From positions 2,725,018-2,757,017 of the forward strand of contig JAXLVP010000001.1 in the NCBI GenBank assembly GCA_046328905.1: DNA of 32,000 nucleotides, given 5' to 3'. The stretch is from Bdellovibrionota bacterium (lineage in GTDB: Bacteria; Bdellovibrionota_C; UBA2361; SZUA-149; CAZDWZ01). This document shows, piece by piece, positions 16,642 to 25,129 of the stretch (position 1 is the stretch's first letter; the number at the start of each line of letters is the position of its first letter). A model generated the notes under the pieces. It was not told the origin of the DNA. It saw nothing but the letters and a program-made list of their open reading frames with translations, and did not search any database. A program made the position numbers and the translations under genes.

Positions 16642-16774
16642 TGAAATGATCCAGCGGCGTGGGCGGCGCTTTATCCGTCCACATTCCTTTTTTCAACGGC
16701 GAACAGAGACTGGTCAGCGAACCCCATTCGCTGACCACCGTTTCCCTATTCAGGTTTTCCAGAAAGGAACTGCC

Positions 16775-17551
16775 ATGTGTCTGTCATTCGTGGTGCGCGA
16801 TCGTATCCCCGACTTGCCGCTCCTCCTTCTTTTCAACCGGGACGAGACGTATGCTCGTCCGGCAGAACCCCTCCACCGCTGGCCGGATGAAACCCCAGCC
16901 ATCTTCGCCGGGCGGGACGGTGAGATGGGTGGAACCTGGGCCGGAACCAATGCGGAGGGCTATTTTGCGATGCTGCTCTTTGTTCGGGAGCCGCGCAGGG
17001 AAGTTACTCACAGCAGGCGTCGGGGTGAGATCGTTCCCGATTTTCTCCGACGCAAGAGTGAACCGGACGCGTTCGTGCATGAGATGAGCAGTCGGGCGAA
17101 TGAGTACCTGCACTTCAACTTGATCGCTGGTCGAGTGGGCAATGTGCTCCATTACTCCAACCGAACCGATGAGGCGACCCCGCTCGGCCACGGTGTCCAT
17201 GGCATCTCGAATGGAGATCTCGGCGAACCGTGGTTCAAAGTGCTGCGCGGAACTGAAGCAATCGAGCGCCAGCTCGAGAGCGCTCCGCTTGATTTTGAGG
17301 GCTACTTCAGGATTTTGAACGACAGGGAAGAGGCGCCACCGGAAGAGGTTCAACACACAGGCCTTCCCTTCGACTACGAACGAATCCGCTCCCCGCTCTT
17401 TGTCATGACACCGACATACGGCACTCGAACCAGCACGGTAGTTGCGTTCCGACGGTCAGGCGAGGTTCTGCTCGAAGAGCGAAGCTACGATTCGGGCGGC
17501 AGACGCTTCCATACCGTGCGCATGGCGGTTGGAGTAGGTAAGGATGCATGA
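16775..17551 (+). CDS. NRDE-family protein (DUF833; TANGO2 homolog family)
   Basis: 258 aa from ATG 16775 (AAAGGA upstream). The N-terminal MCLSF and the family signature LLLFNRDE are present. The track ORF is over-extended at its 5' end. Confidence 0.82.
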   Translation: MCLSFVVRDRIPDLPLLLLFNRDETYARPAEPLHRWPDETPAIFAGRDGEMGGTWAGTNAEGYFAMLLFVREPRREVTHSRRRGEIVPDFLRRKSEPDAFVHEMSSRANEYLHFNLIAGRVGNVLHYSNRTDEATPLGHGVHGISNGDLGEPWFKVLRGTEAIERQLESAPLDFEGYFRILNDREEAPPEEVQHTGLPFDYERIRSPLFVMTPTYGTRTSTVVAFRRSGEVLLEERSYDSGGRRFHTVRMAVGVGKDA

Positions 17552-17558
17552 GGAGGAG

Positions 17559-17599
17559 TTGGCCGTCGCGCCGCTCCATCTCGGGGAAGCGGCGGTCAA
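17559..17599. other. Interrupted hairpin in the convergent gap between the NRDE gene and the epimerase gene
   Basis: TTGGCC...GCCGCT (17559-17575) pairs with AGCGGC GGTCAA (17588-17599), with a 5-nt bulge. Neither strand has a U-tract. It may act as a bidirectional stop. Confidence 0.3.
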
Positions 17600-17630
17600 C
17601 ATATCAGCGTGCCTCTTCGCGCAGGCGGCC

Positions 17631-18611
17631 TCAAGTATTCTGAAACTGAAAGCTGAACGGATCGCCGATCCTTCCTGAGAGCAGATAGTCTCTCAGCTCC
17701 TCCATGCTCTTCTCAATCGTCCATCGCGGTTCGAAGTCGAGAATCTTCTCGATTCGTGAACAGCTGAGGTGATAATCGACGAGGTCCGGATCGCTCTCGT
17801 AAAACGTGATGTTCGTGTCGGGAACAAGAGTCTTGACGATGTTTGCCAGATGATTGATCTGCACATTCTGATCGCGGCAGCCGACATTGAAGATCTCGCC
17901 GCTCACCAAATTCACATGGGCTTTGATGCACGAGAGAAATGCCCGTGCCGTATCTTCAACGTGGATCAGTGCGCGCCACTGCTCGCCGCTCGCGATCCGG
18001 ATCTCCTTTTTGAAGACGGCATCGCGCATCAAGCTATTCGCTACGAGGTCGAACCGCATCCGCGGGGAATACCCGTGACAGGTTGCGATTCGCAGCGCAG
18101 TTGGATGAAACGAGCGCCGCTTCGAATTGATGACGCGCTCTTCCATGCGCAGCTTCAACCGGGAATAGAGGCTTACCGGCTCGGGGATCGTCGTCTCGTA
18201 CATCACTCCGGATTGGACGCCGTAGACGCTGTTGGTCGAAGCGAAGAGAAAGCGGTTCACACCGTGCTCGATTGAGGCGTCGAGTACGACTGATGACGCG
18301 AGAAGATTGACCGGCCGTGGATCCAAACCATGGAGGTCCGCTATCCGATGACCTACGATGGCCGCGAGTAGGATAACGGTTTCTGCGCCGTTGATGGCAG
18401 TAGAGACCGTCTTCGTATCAGTGATGTCACCTTCGATGATTTCGAGGAGAGGGGACTCGGCGAGGAAGCGGATGCCGTGGTCTCCAAAAAGGAAATTGTC
18501 GACGACACGCACGCGGTAGCCTTCGTCGAGGAGCATTCGAGTGAGAATGCAACCGATATAACCCGCGCCTCCGAACACAGTTACAATCGGAGCGTCGTCG
18601 ATATAGGGCAT
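17631..18611 (-). CDS. NAD-dependent epimerase/dehydratase (extended SDR family)
   Basis: 326 aa with the Rossmann motif VFGGAGYIGCILTRMLLDEGYRVRVVDNF and YxxxK-type SDR architecture. The start codon lies 1 nt after the cysS stop, so the two genes are tightly coupled. Confidence 0.88.
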   Translation of the reverse strand: MPYIDDAPIVTVFGGAGYIGCILTRMLLDEGYRVRVVDNFLFGDHGIRFLAESPLLEIIEGDITDTKTVSTAINGAETVILLAAIVGHRIADLHGLDPRPVNLLASSVVLDASIEHGVNRFLFASTNSVYGVQSGVMYETTIPEPVSLYSRLKLRMEERVINSKRRSFHPTALRIATCHGYSPRMRFDLVANSLMRDAVFKKEIRIASGEQWRALIHVEDTARAFLSCIKAHVNLVSGEIFNVGCRDQNVQINHLANIVKTLVPDTNITFYESDPDLVDYHLSCSRIEKILDFEPRWTIEKSMEELRDYLLSGRIGDPFSFQFQNT

Positions 18612-18612
18612 C

Positions 18613-20046
18613 TTAATCCTTTTTCTTCAGCTTCGGTCCGTCTTTCGAATCTTCGACAAGAAAACCGAGCTCTGCAATCTTCGCGCGCAACACATCCGCC
18701 TGTTGCCAGTTGCGGGTCTTTCGAGCTTCATCTCGCTCTGCGGCTAGGGCTTGAACTGCTTCCGGTATATTTTCGCTCGCCTCGGTCCAGTTTGCAACAC
18801 CTAGTCCGAGCACCGAGTCCATTCGCAAAAACAGCCCGAGCTTCTCCGCGGGGGTGACAGCGTCGTCGCGGAGCATCTCATGGAGCACCGCGAGGGCCTT
18901 CGGCATTCCCAGATCGTTTGTAATCTCGCGGTCAAAGGCACTGAGAATCTCGAGCGCGCGGGGAGACGACGCCTCAGAATGAGGATTCGCTCCCAGCTCC
19001 CGCTTCCAGCCGAAGACCGCTTGTTTCATCCGTTTCAGTGACGAGGCCGCTGACTCTACGGCCTGCCAGCTCCACGAGAGCTCGTTCCGGTAGCTACCGC
19101 TGAAGCAGAACAGTCGGTAACTGATCGGATCGATGCTTTTCTCCGTGAGTCTGTCGAGAGTGAGAAAGCCGCCGGTCGACTTCGACATCTTGTCCGCACC
19201 AACGACGAGGAAGCCGCCGTGCATCCATAGCTTTGCAAAGGGCTGCCCCGTCGCGGTCTCGCTTTGTGCGATCTCGTTCGTGTGGTGGACTGGGATGTGG
19301 TCGATTCCGCCGCAGTGGATGTCGAACGACTCGCCGAGATACTTCATGGACATCGCGCTGCATTCGATGTGCCATCCCGGATATCCGCGGCCCCACGGAG
19401 AGTCCCACTGCATCTCTTGCTTCTCGAATTTGGACTTGGTGAACCACAGCGCGAAGTCCAGAGGGCTTCGTTTCTTCGAATCCACTTCGATGCGCGCGCC
19501 TGATTTGAGCGAATCCAGGTCGAGACCCGCGAGCTTTCCGTAATCCGGGGACTTGGAAACATCGAAGTAGACGTTCCCGCCGCTAACGTATGCGGCTCCG
19601 CGCTCCTCCAGCCGCTTAATCAGATCGATCATCTCAGTGATGTGCTCGGTTGCTTTGCAGACGATGTCCGGGCGGGAAATGTGAAGCTCCGCGCAATGAT
19701 CGAAGAAAATGTTCGTATAAAACTCGGCGATCTCTGCTGAGGTCTTTCCCTCACGCTTCGTGGCGACGAGCATTTTGTCTTCGCCTTCGTCGGCGTCTGA
19801 GACGAGGTGTCCGACGTCCGTAATGTTCATCACATGACGAACGTTGTACCCGGCGTAACGCAATACGCGAACGAGCACGTCCTCGAAGATGTAGGTTCGG
19901 AGATTGCCGATATGCTGATAATTGTAGACCGTTGGCCCGCAGCAATAGAGTTGGACTTCGCCCGGCGTTTTTGGCTCCAGCCGTTCAATCTTGCGGGTCA
20001 GCGTGTTGAAAAGAGATACGTCTTGCGGGTTTCGCGCACCGGCCAT
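18613..20046 (-). CDS. cysS: Cysteine--tRNA ligase
   Basis: 477 aa with class I aaRS motifs: a HIGN (HIGH-like) motif in YCCGPTVYNYQHIGNLRTY, KMSKS, and FNTLTR at the N-terminus. Confidence 0.95.
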   Translation of the reverse strand: MAGARNPQDVSLFNTLTRKIERLEPKTPGEVQLYCCGPTVYNYQHIGNLRTYIFEDVLVRVLRYAGYNVRHVMNITDVGHLVSDADEGEDKMLVATKREGKTSAEIAEFYTNIFFDHCAELHISRPDIVCKATEHITEMIDLIKRLEERGAAYVSGGNVYFDVSKSPDYGKLAGLDLDSLKSGARIEVDSKKRSPLDFALWFTKSKFEKQEMQWDSPWGRGYPGWHIECSAMSMKYLGESFDIHCGGIDHIPVHHTNEIAQSETATGQPFAKLWMHGGFLVVGADKMSKSTGGFLTLDRLTEKSIDPISYRLFCFSGSYRNELSWSWQAVESAASSLKRMKQAVFGWKRELGANPHSEASSPRALEILSAFDREITNDLGMPKALAVLHEMLRDDAVTPAEKLGLFLRMDSVLGLGVANWTEASENIPEAVQALAAERDEARKTRNWQQADVLRAKIAELGFLVEDSKDGPKLKKKD

Positions 20047-20119
20047 CGGTCAGCTCCCAAAATGGATTGGACAATCGTGTCAGGCACAAACGCCGGGAAC
20101 GAACGGTTGCGTTCGAATC

Positions 20120-22303
20120 TCAGCGTGTGAGCAGGTCAATAGCATTCTTCAGTATCAGGTGGCCCGTCTGTTTCTTGAGCGTCATCAGCGATTCAGGGTG
20201 AAACTGAACCCCGGCGATAGGCAAGGTTTTGTGCCGTACTGCCATCGGAATCACCTCGGGCTCGCCGTTCTCCGTCTCACGCATCGTATATGCAGTAACC
20301 TCGAGACAATCGGGAACGGTGTCCTTGACGAGATAGAGGCTATGATAGCGCCCGGCCTCGAACATCTCCTCGATCTCGGAGAACATCGGCGAGCCTTGGT
20401 GATGAACCACGGATGCTTTGCCATGCTCCGGTATTGGGAGCTGTCCGATGGTCGCACCGAAGTGCTGACCGATCCCCTGGTGTCCCAAGCACACGCCGAA
20501 TGTCGGCATCTTTCGCGCCGCCAAGCGACCAACGAAATCCGGAACGCCGAACTCCTGCGGAGTGCCGGGTCCGGGTGAAAGCAGAACAAGATCAGGCTTC
20601 AGCTCGTCGATCATGCTCTCCGGAAATCCGGCACGAACGGTCAGAACCTCCGCACCGAGCTCCCGCAGATACGCCGCGAGATTGTGGACAAAGCTGTCTT
20701 TGTAGTCGACGAGCAAGATTCTTCGCTTCTCGTTCAAGCGGATCTCTGATGCGCTTCCGCCTCTCGGTTCGCTCGGCTGGTCCCCCGGGCCTTGAGCAAG
20801 CGCAGCGAGAAATGCGGCGGCTTTTGTTCTCGTTTCCAGCTCTTCGAGATCGGGGTCCGACCCGAACAGAAGAGTAGCTCCCGACCGAAGCGTTGCGCGT
20901 CCGTCTTTCAGCGAGGCCGTTCGGAGAGTGATTCCGGTGTTGAGGCTTCCGTTGAAGCAGAGAAAGCCGATCGCGCCGGAATACCAACCTCGGGGCGACT
21001 TCTCCAGGTTCTCAATTTCTTGAAGCGCGGCAGGCTTCGGTGCGCCGGTTACAGTGCACGCCCACATGTGGGTTTGGAAGGCGTCGAGCGCGTCAAGCTC
21101 GTCTCGGAGATATCCTTCGACATGATCCACCGTGTGGATGAGGTGCGAATAGAACTCGAGCTGTCTTCGACCGATGACCCGAACGGAGCCCGGGATACAA
21201 ACGCGAGCCATGTCATTGCGGTCGACATCGGTGCACATCGTGAGCTCCGATTCGTCCTTTCTGGAGCCCATGAGCTGCTGCACTCGGTCTGCGTCTTCAA
21301 GCGCAGTTTTGCCGCGAGCGATAGTGCCGGCGATAGGGCAAGTTTCGTAGCGGCGCCCAGTTACCCGCACGAACAGCTCGGGCGACGCGCCGACAAGCTG
21401 TTCGTCTCCCATGTTCAGCAAGAACATGTATGGACTCGGATTGAGCTTCGCCAACTTTCGGAACAGGGCTGTCGGAGTATCGTCGCAGCGTGTCGAGAAA
21501 GTTTGGGAGAGTACGACTTCGAAATAATCACCGCGTGCCGTTCCGCCGATTACCTCTTGGACCTTTGCGGCGAACTCGCCCGGCTCATGGTCCGATTGGA
21601 TGTCTTTTGATCCTGAACCTGGAACGAGTGGAAGCTGCTTGCCGCCGCCTGAGAACTTCTTTGTCGGACCCTGAGGCGTCAATACGGAGTACTGATACGA
21701 CGCGGAGATCTCCCTTTTCCGGTCGACCACTGTAAGCTCGAGCGGAAGAAAGAGGTGACAGTCCTTACTTCGCGCATCGCGCGGATGCTTGAGCTTGAGA
21801 TCCTCGAATTCGGTGACGAGGTCGTAACCGAATGCGCCGTAGAAGCCGAAGTGAGCACCCGCCGGATGGTCGTTCGCAAACAGTTGAGTGACCGCCCGCA
21901 GCACTGAGAAGATGGAAGGCTGCCGTGAGCGCTCCTCTTCGGTAAAAAAGCGATCGGAAGTTTTTACTTCACCGGTGAGGGATTCTGCAGCGAGAGAAAC
22001 CTCTTTGATGTCCGGATGATTCTTGAGCGGCAGCTCGAGCAGTGTCAGCAGCGCACGGCCCTGCTCGTTGAGCGCGTTGAACGTGAATTGCTTCTTGTGA
22101 GCGATGAACTCGATCGCCGGATTGACGAATCCGAGGTCCCAGCGGGAATGGCGCCCCGGGTAGTCGAACCCGCTTGAAAAGATTGCGCCTTTTGAGGTGT
22201 CGATCTGTTCGAAGACCCCGTCCAAAGCCGACTGAGGCTTGATCTCCGTGGTCTCGACCTGAACTTCAACACCGCCCTGCGTTTTAAACCTCTCAGTGTT
22301 CAT
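20120..22303 (-). CDS. trpE: Anthranilate synthase, fused component I and glutamine amidotransferase component II (TrpE(G) type)
   Basis: 727 aa. The chorismate-binding domain has GASPELFVRV, KDESELTMCTDVDRND and IHTVDHVEG. The C-terminal class I GATase has GVCLGHQ and QFHPES. This single-polypeptide layout matches rhizobial TrpE(G). A PabB-type assignment cannot be fully excluded by eye. Confidence 0.85.
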   Translation of the reverse strand: MNTERFKTQGGVEVQVETTEIKPQSALDGVFEQIDTSKGAIFSSGFDYPGRHSRWDLGFVNPAIEFIAHKKQFTFNALNEQGRALLTLLELPLKNHPDIKEVSLAAESLTGEVKTSDRFFTEEERSRQPSIFSVLRAVTQLFANDHPAGAHFGFYGAFGYDLVTEFEDLKLKHPRDARSKDCHLFLPLELTVVDRKREISASYQYSVLTPQGPTKKFSGGGKQLPLVPGSGSKDIQSDHEPGEFAAKVQEVIGGTARGDYFEVVLSQTFSTRCDDTPTALFRKLAKLNPSPYMFLLNMGDEQLVGASPELFVRVTGRRYETCPIAGTIARGKTALEDADRVQQLMGSRKDESELTMCTDVDRNDMARVCIPGSVRVIGRRQLEFYSHLIHTVDHVEGYLRDELDALDAFQTHMWACTVTGAPKPAALQEIENLEKSPRGWYSGAIGFLCFNGSLNTGITLRTASLKDGRATLRSGATLLFGSDPDLEELETRTKAAAFLAALAQGPGDQPSEPRGGSASEIRLNEKRRILLVDYKDSFVHNLAAYLRELGAEVLTVRAGFPESMIDELKPDLVLLSPGPGTPQEFGVPDFVGRLAARKMPTFGVCLGHQGIGQHFGATIGQLPIPEHGKASVVHHQGSPMFSEIEEMFEAGRYHSLYLVKDTVPDCLEVTAYTMRETENGEPEVIPMAVRHKTLPIAGVQFHPESLMTLKKQTGHLILKNAIDLLTR

Positions 22304-22476
22304 CGATCAGAGTATAATTTTTAAGTAATCTCGGTCTTTATCTCGAAGGCAGCGAACTTCGCGGCGTCCATATTCATGCTTCGCGCATCAATAAGGAGTA
22401 GTCGCAGACCCTGTCCGCAAAACCGCGGTAATTAGCGGAAAAAGATAACACTCTGCTCGCACAGAGTAAACCGACC

Positions 22477-23691
22477 ATGACGATAATCCTCTCTGAAAAA
22501 TTAAAGGCCTCGGGAGCAGATGCGCAGGCCGCATCCCTCACGCTTCCGAGAAATGGCGACGGTGGGTTGCAGGGGGAGATCGCTCTTCGGCATCTGTCAC
22601 CATCCGGCGAATTCATGCACTCAGTTCGTCTCGCCCCGGGGATGATCACCGTGATTCAAGAAACCGGTCACGAACCGGTAAGAAACGCGCTCATCGGCAA
22701 CGACAACAATGCGCGTATCGATCTGCGGGCAGGCAACAAGGAGCTCCATCGCTCCGAGATCTTTCATGTCGGCGATACTTCCCGATTGGTCAAAGAATCA
22801 ACCGTGATGAGCGCGCTTCTCGCATCGGGGGTTCCGGCTCCGGAAGCACCGGAGCTTCTCCAAAAGCTCGGTCTCCAAAGCGCAAGCGAGCTTCGTCCCC
22901 GCGACCTGAACCCTGTCCAACTGAAACGTCTTGCGATCGGGTGCTCTGCGTATGCGCGTGCACGGCTGCTTTTGATCGATCGGCCTTTTGCAGGCTCCGA
23001 CCCGGCGTCCGTTGAGAGAATTGCTCAGCTGCTCCTTCAGGTGGGAGAGACGAACGCGCGCGCGCTGATCATCACCGGCGAGTCTCAGATCCCGTCAGCG
23101 CTGCGCAATCATCCTCGAGTGCTGATACAAGATCCCGCTGCGAACAACCAGAACCTCAGTATTCCGGCGCGCGACGATCTCAGTGCTCAGGCTGCGCGGA
23201 ACTTGCTTCACGCGAGTGTGCAAGCGCCGCGAGTCGGTGAGCCGATAGTGACACGTCCACAGAGCATCTATTTCAGTCCGCGTCAGGGATATGCCGAAAC
23301 GGTACATTCTGAGGCGATTGCGAATCCGAACTCCGAGCTTCGTCGTTTGGGCGGTGGTGCCGGTGTGAGTCAGCTTTCCACCGAAGCGCGGCAAAGCGCT
23401 CGCAAAGACGGTATCGAGGATTCCCCGCTCAATGAGTACAAGCGGCAGAAGACGCGCCCGCTGACGAAGGTGGGCATGCTCACACGAACGAAGCAGGGCT
23501 CGACCTACAAGACCGCTTACGATCTCTTCCGAAAGCTACGCGCACGTATTTCGGCGCGACCGATGGAGCTCGATATCCCGCCCGCTGCACGCCTGCTCGA
23601 GCAGGGGAAGAAGCGCGATCTCCGAGTCGGAACGATGATCTTCGTCGTCTCGGTCTTAGCGATCTGCGCGCTCGTCTGGATGTCACGTTAG
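22477..23691 (+). CDS. Tail-anchored protein with a degenerate, probably non-catalytic ABC-ATPase fold
   Basis: 404 aa. Residues ~40-205 align by eye to an ABC nucleotide-binding domain, but Walker A is QETGHEPV, the signature is LNPVQ, Walker B is LLLIDRP and the H-loop is ITGES. The middle is low-complexity. The C-terminal TM segment is VGTMIFVVSVLAICALVWM. There is no clear SD. Confidence 0.65.
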   Translation: MTIILSEKLKASGADAQAASLTLPRNGDGGLQGEIALRHLSPSGEFMHSVRLAPGMITVIQETGHEPVRNALIGNDNNARIDLRAGNKELHRSEIFHVGDTSRLVKESTVMSALLASGVPAPEAPELLQKLGLQSASELRPRDLNPVQLKRLAIGCSAYARARLLLIDRPFAGSDPASVERIAQLLLQVGETNARALIITGESQIPSALRNHPRVLIQDPAANNQNLSIPARDDLSAQAARNLLHASVQAPRVGEPIVTRPQSIYFSPRQGYAETVHSEAIANPNSELRRLGGGAGVSQLSTEARQSARKDGIEDSPLNEYKRQKTRPLTKVGMLTRTKQGSTYKTAYDLFRKLRARISARPMELDIPPAARLLEQGKKRDLRVGTMIFVVSVLAICALVWMSR

Positions 23692-23736
23692 TCCGCTGCG
23701 CCAGTCACTCCGCTGCGATGTCCGTGAGAATTCCGC

Positions 23737-23816
23737 CCGACAGAGCAGGCATACGAAGACCCGACAGGCATACGAAGACCCGACAGGCATACGAAGACCC
23801 GACAGGCATACGAAGA
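23737..23816. repeat. 19-bp tandem repeat (CCCGACAGGCATACGAAGA): three perfect copies plus one imperfect copy
   Basis: Perfect contiguous copies at 23760-23778, 23779-23797 and 23798-23816. A leading copy with a 5-nt insertion lies at 23737-23759. The array sits in the convergent gap between the ABC-like gene and the LOG gene. Confidence 0.95.
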
Positions 23817-23847
23817 TAGGTGCAAATCCGATTGTGATTTTTTGGGG

Positions 23848-24573
23848 CTAGGAGCGACCCTGCGCGACCTGGCGTTCCTTGAACTTCAGGTGCTCGACGC
23901 GAATGATCTCCATCGCTTCCTCGGCGGTGTCGACGAGATGGATCCAACGAAGATCTCCCGGAGAGACCAGGCCGCGTTTGATCTGCGTTGCTTTCATCCA
24001 CTCAATCAAGCCTTCCCAGAACGGCTTGTCGAACAGGATGATCGGACGCTCCGGCATGTGGCCGACCTGCAGGAGCTGCCATGAGAAATAAAGCTCGAGT
24101 AGCGTTCCAATCCCGCCTTGAACGATGATGATGGCGTTTGACAGCCGCATGAAGTCGTCGAGACGAGAAGAGAACTTCTTGTGGTGATGCTTGATGTCGA
24201 GGTGATCGCTCGGCTGCTCGAACTGATTGAGCTCGATGGTAATGCCGTAGGACTTACTTTTGCTTCCGGAGATGCGTTTCCCGGAAAGGACGCCCTTATT
24301 CGCGGCTTCCATGAGGCCCGGACCACCACCGGTGAGAACGTCGATACCTTCCTTTCCCAGCGCTGTCGCGAGCGCTTCGGTGGTTTGGTAGATTGCGTCG
24401 TCGGGCTTGATCCGCGCGCTGCCGAATATGCAGACGCGGAAGAAATCGTTCGTGTAGTTTTTCAGCTCGAGCTCAATCAGTCCGGTGCGTTCACGGAGCG
24501 CTTCGAGACGCTCGGTCAGCCTTCGCCGGCGAGCCTTTCTATCTTCTGAAAATTTTTCGCTGGAATCACTCAA
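23848..24573 (-). CDS. LOG-family / TIGR00730-type Rossmann-fold nucleotide-binding protein (nucleoside 5'-monophosphate phosphoribohydrolase-like)
   Basis: 241 aa with motifs IFGSAR, TGGGPGLMEAANKG and GGIGTLLEL (a variant of PGGxGTxxE). Confidence 0.82.
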   Translation of the reverse strand: MSDSSEKFSEDRKARRRRLTERLEALRERTGLIELELKNYTNDFFRVCIFGSARIKPDDAIYQTTEALATALGKEGIDVLTGGGPGLMEAANKGVLSGKRISGSKSKSYGITIELNQFEQPSDHLDIKHHHKKFSSRLDDFMRLSNAIIIVQGGIGTLLELYFSWQLLQVGHMPERPIILFDKPFWEGLIEWMKATQIKRGLVSPGDLRWIHLVDTAEEAMEIIRVEHLKFKERQVAQGRS

Positions 24574-24628
24574 GGTTGGATTGGGTCAGCAGGAAATTAA
24601 GGTAGTAAAAACCGAGTTGCTCTCGTAA

Positions 24629-25027
24629 CTATTTTGATGAGCTGGACCGGGAGAGGGATTCTGGCACGGATTCATACTGGCCAGCAATCAAGATGCGCTG
24701 CTCGAGCAGGCGTGCCCAGTTTTCCCATCCGGGCGCATCGACCCGCTCTTTCAGGAGCTGGGCCATTGTTTCGGACTCATCCCCCGGGTGGGCTTTCGTG
24801 AGAGTGGAGAGCGAGTCAACCACGTAATCCATCGCGATCAGTATCTCCCCGAAATGCTCCTTCCGAATGCCTCCGACAGGGTGGTCTGTCGCCCTCAATT
24901 TCGCACGCTCCAACGCACGTTTCAGCTCGGTAGCGGCTTGTTCCAGCTCCGCGAGCTCCTGCAAACGCAATGGGATGTTTTTCAACCGTGGGTTGTGATG
25001 CGGGTGGAAGTAGCGGTAAAGGTCCAT
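24629..25027 (-). CDS. Hypothetical protein
   Basis: 132-aa ORF on the same strand, between the thioredoxin-fold and LOG genes. It appears helical and I recognise no motif. Confidence 0.55.
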   Translation of the reverse strand: MDLYRYFHPHHNPRLKNIPLRLQELAELEQAATELKRALERAKLRATDHPVGGIRKEHFGEILIAMDYVVDSLSTLTKAHPGDESETMAQLLKERVDAPGWENWARLLEQRILIAGQYESVPESLSRSSSSK

Positions 25028-25129
25028 AGGAGTCCGCCCCCGGGTAAGATACTCGCACTTTATCGTAGAAACTGGGGGTAGGAAAGGAATTTACGCAGGC
25101 TCGGCGCTCGACGACCGGTGCCTACACGG

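Noticed and set aside
22330-22386. 18-codon upstream ORF (MNMDAAKFAAFEIKTEIT) as a trp attenuation leader peptide
   Set aside because: It has no Trp codons, and no terminator/antiterminator pair follows it.
23737-23816. The 19-bp repeats as a CRISPR array
   Set aside because: The units are directly contiguous with no spacers, the repeat is too short, there are only about 4 copies, and no cas genes are nearby.
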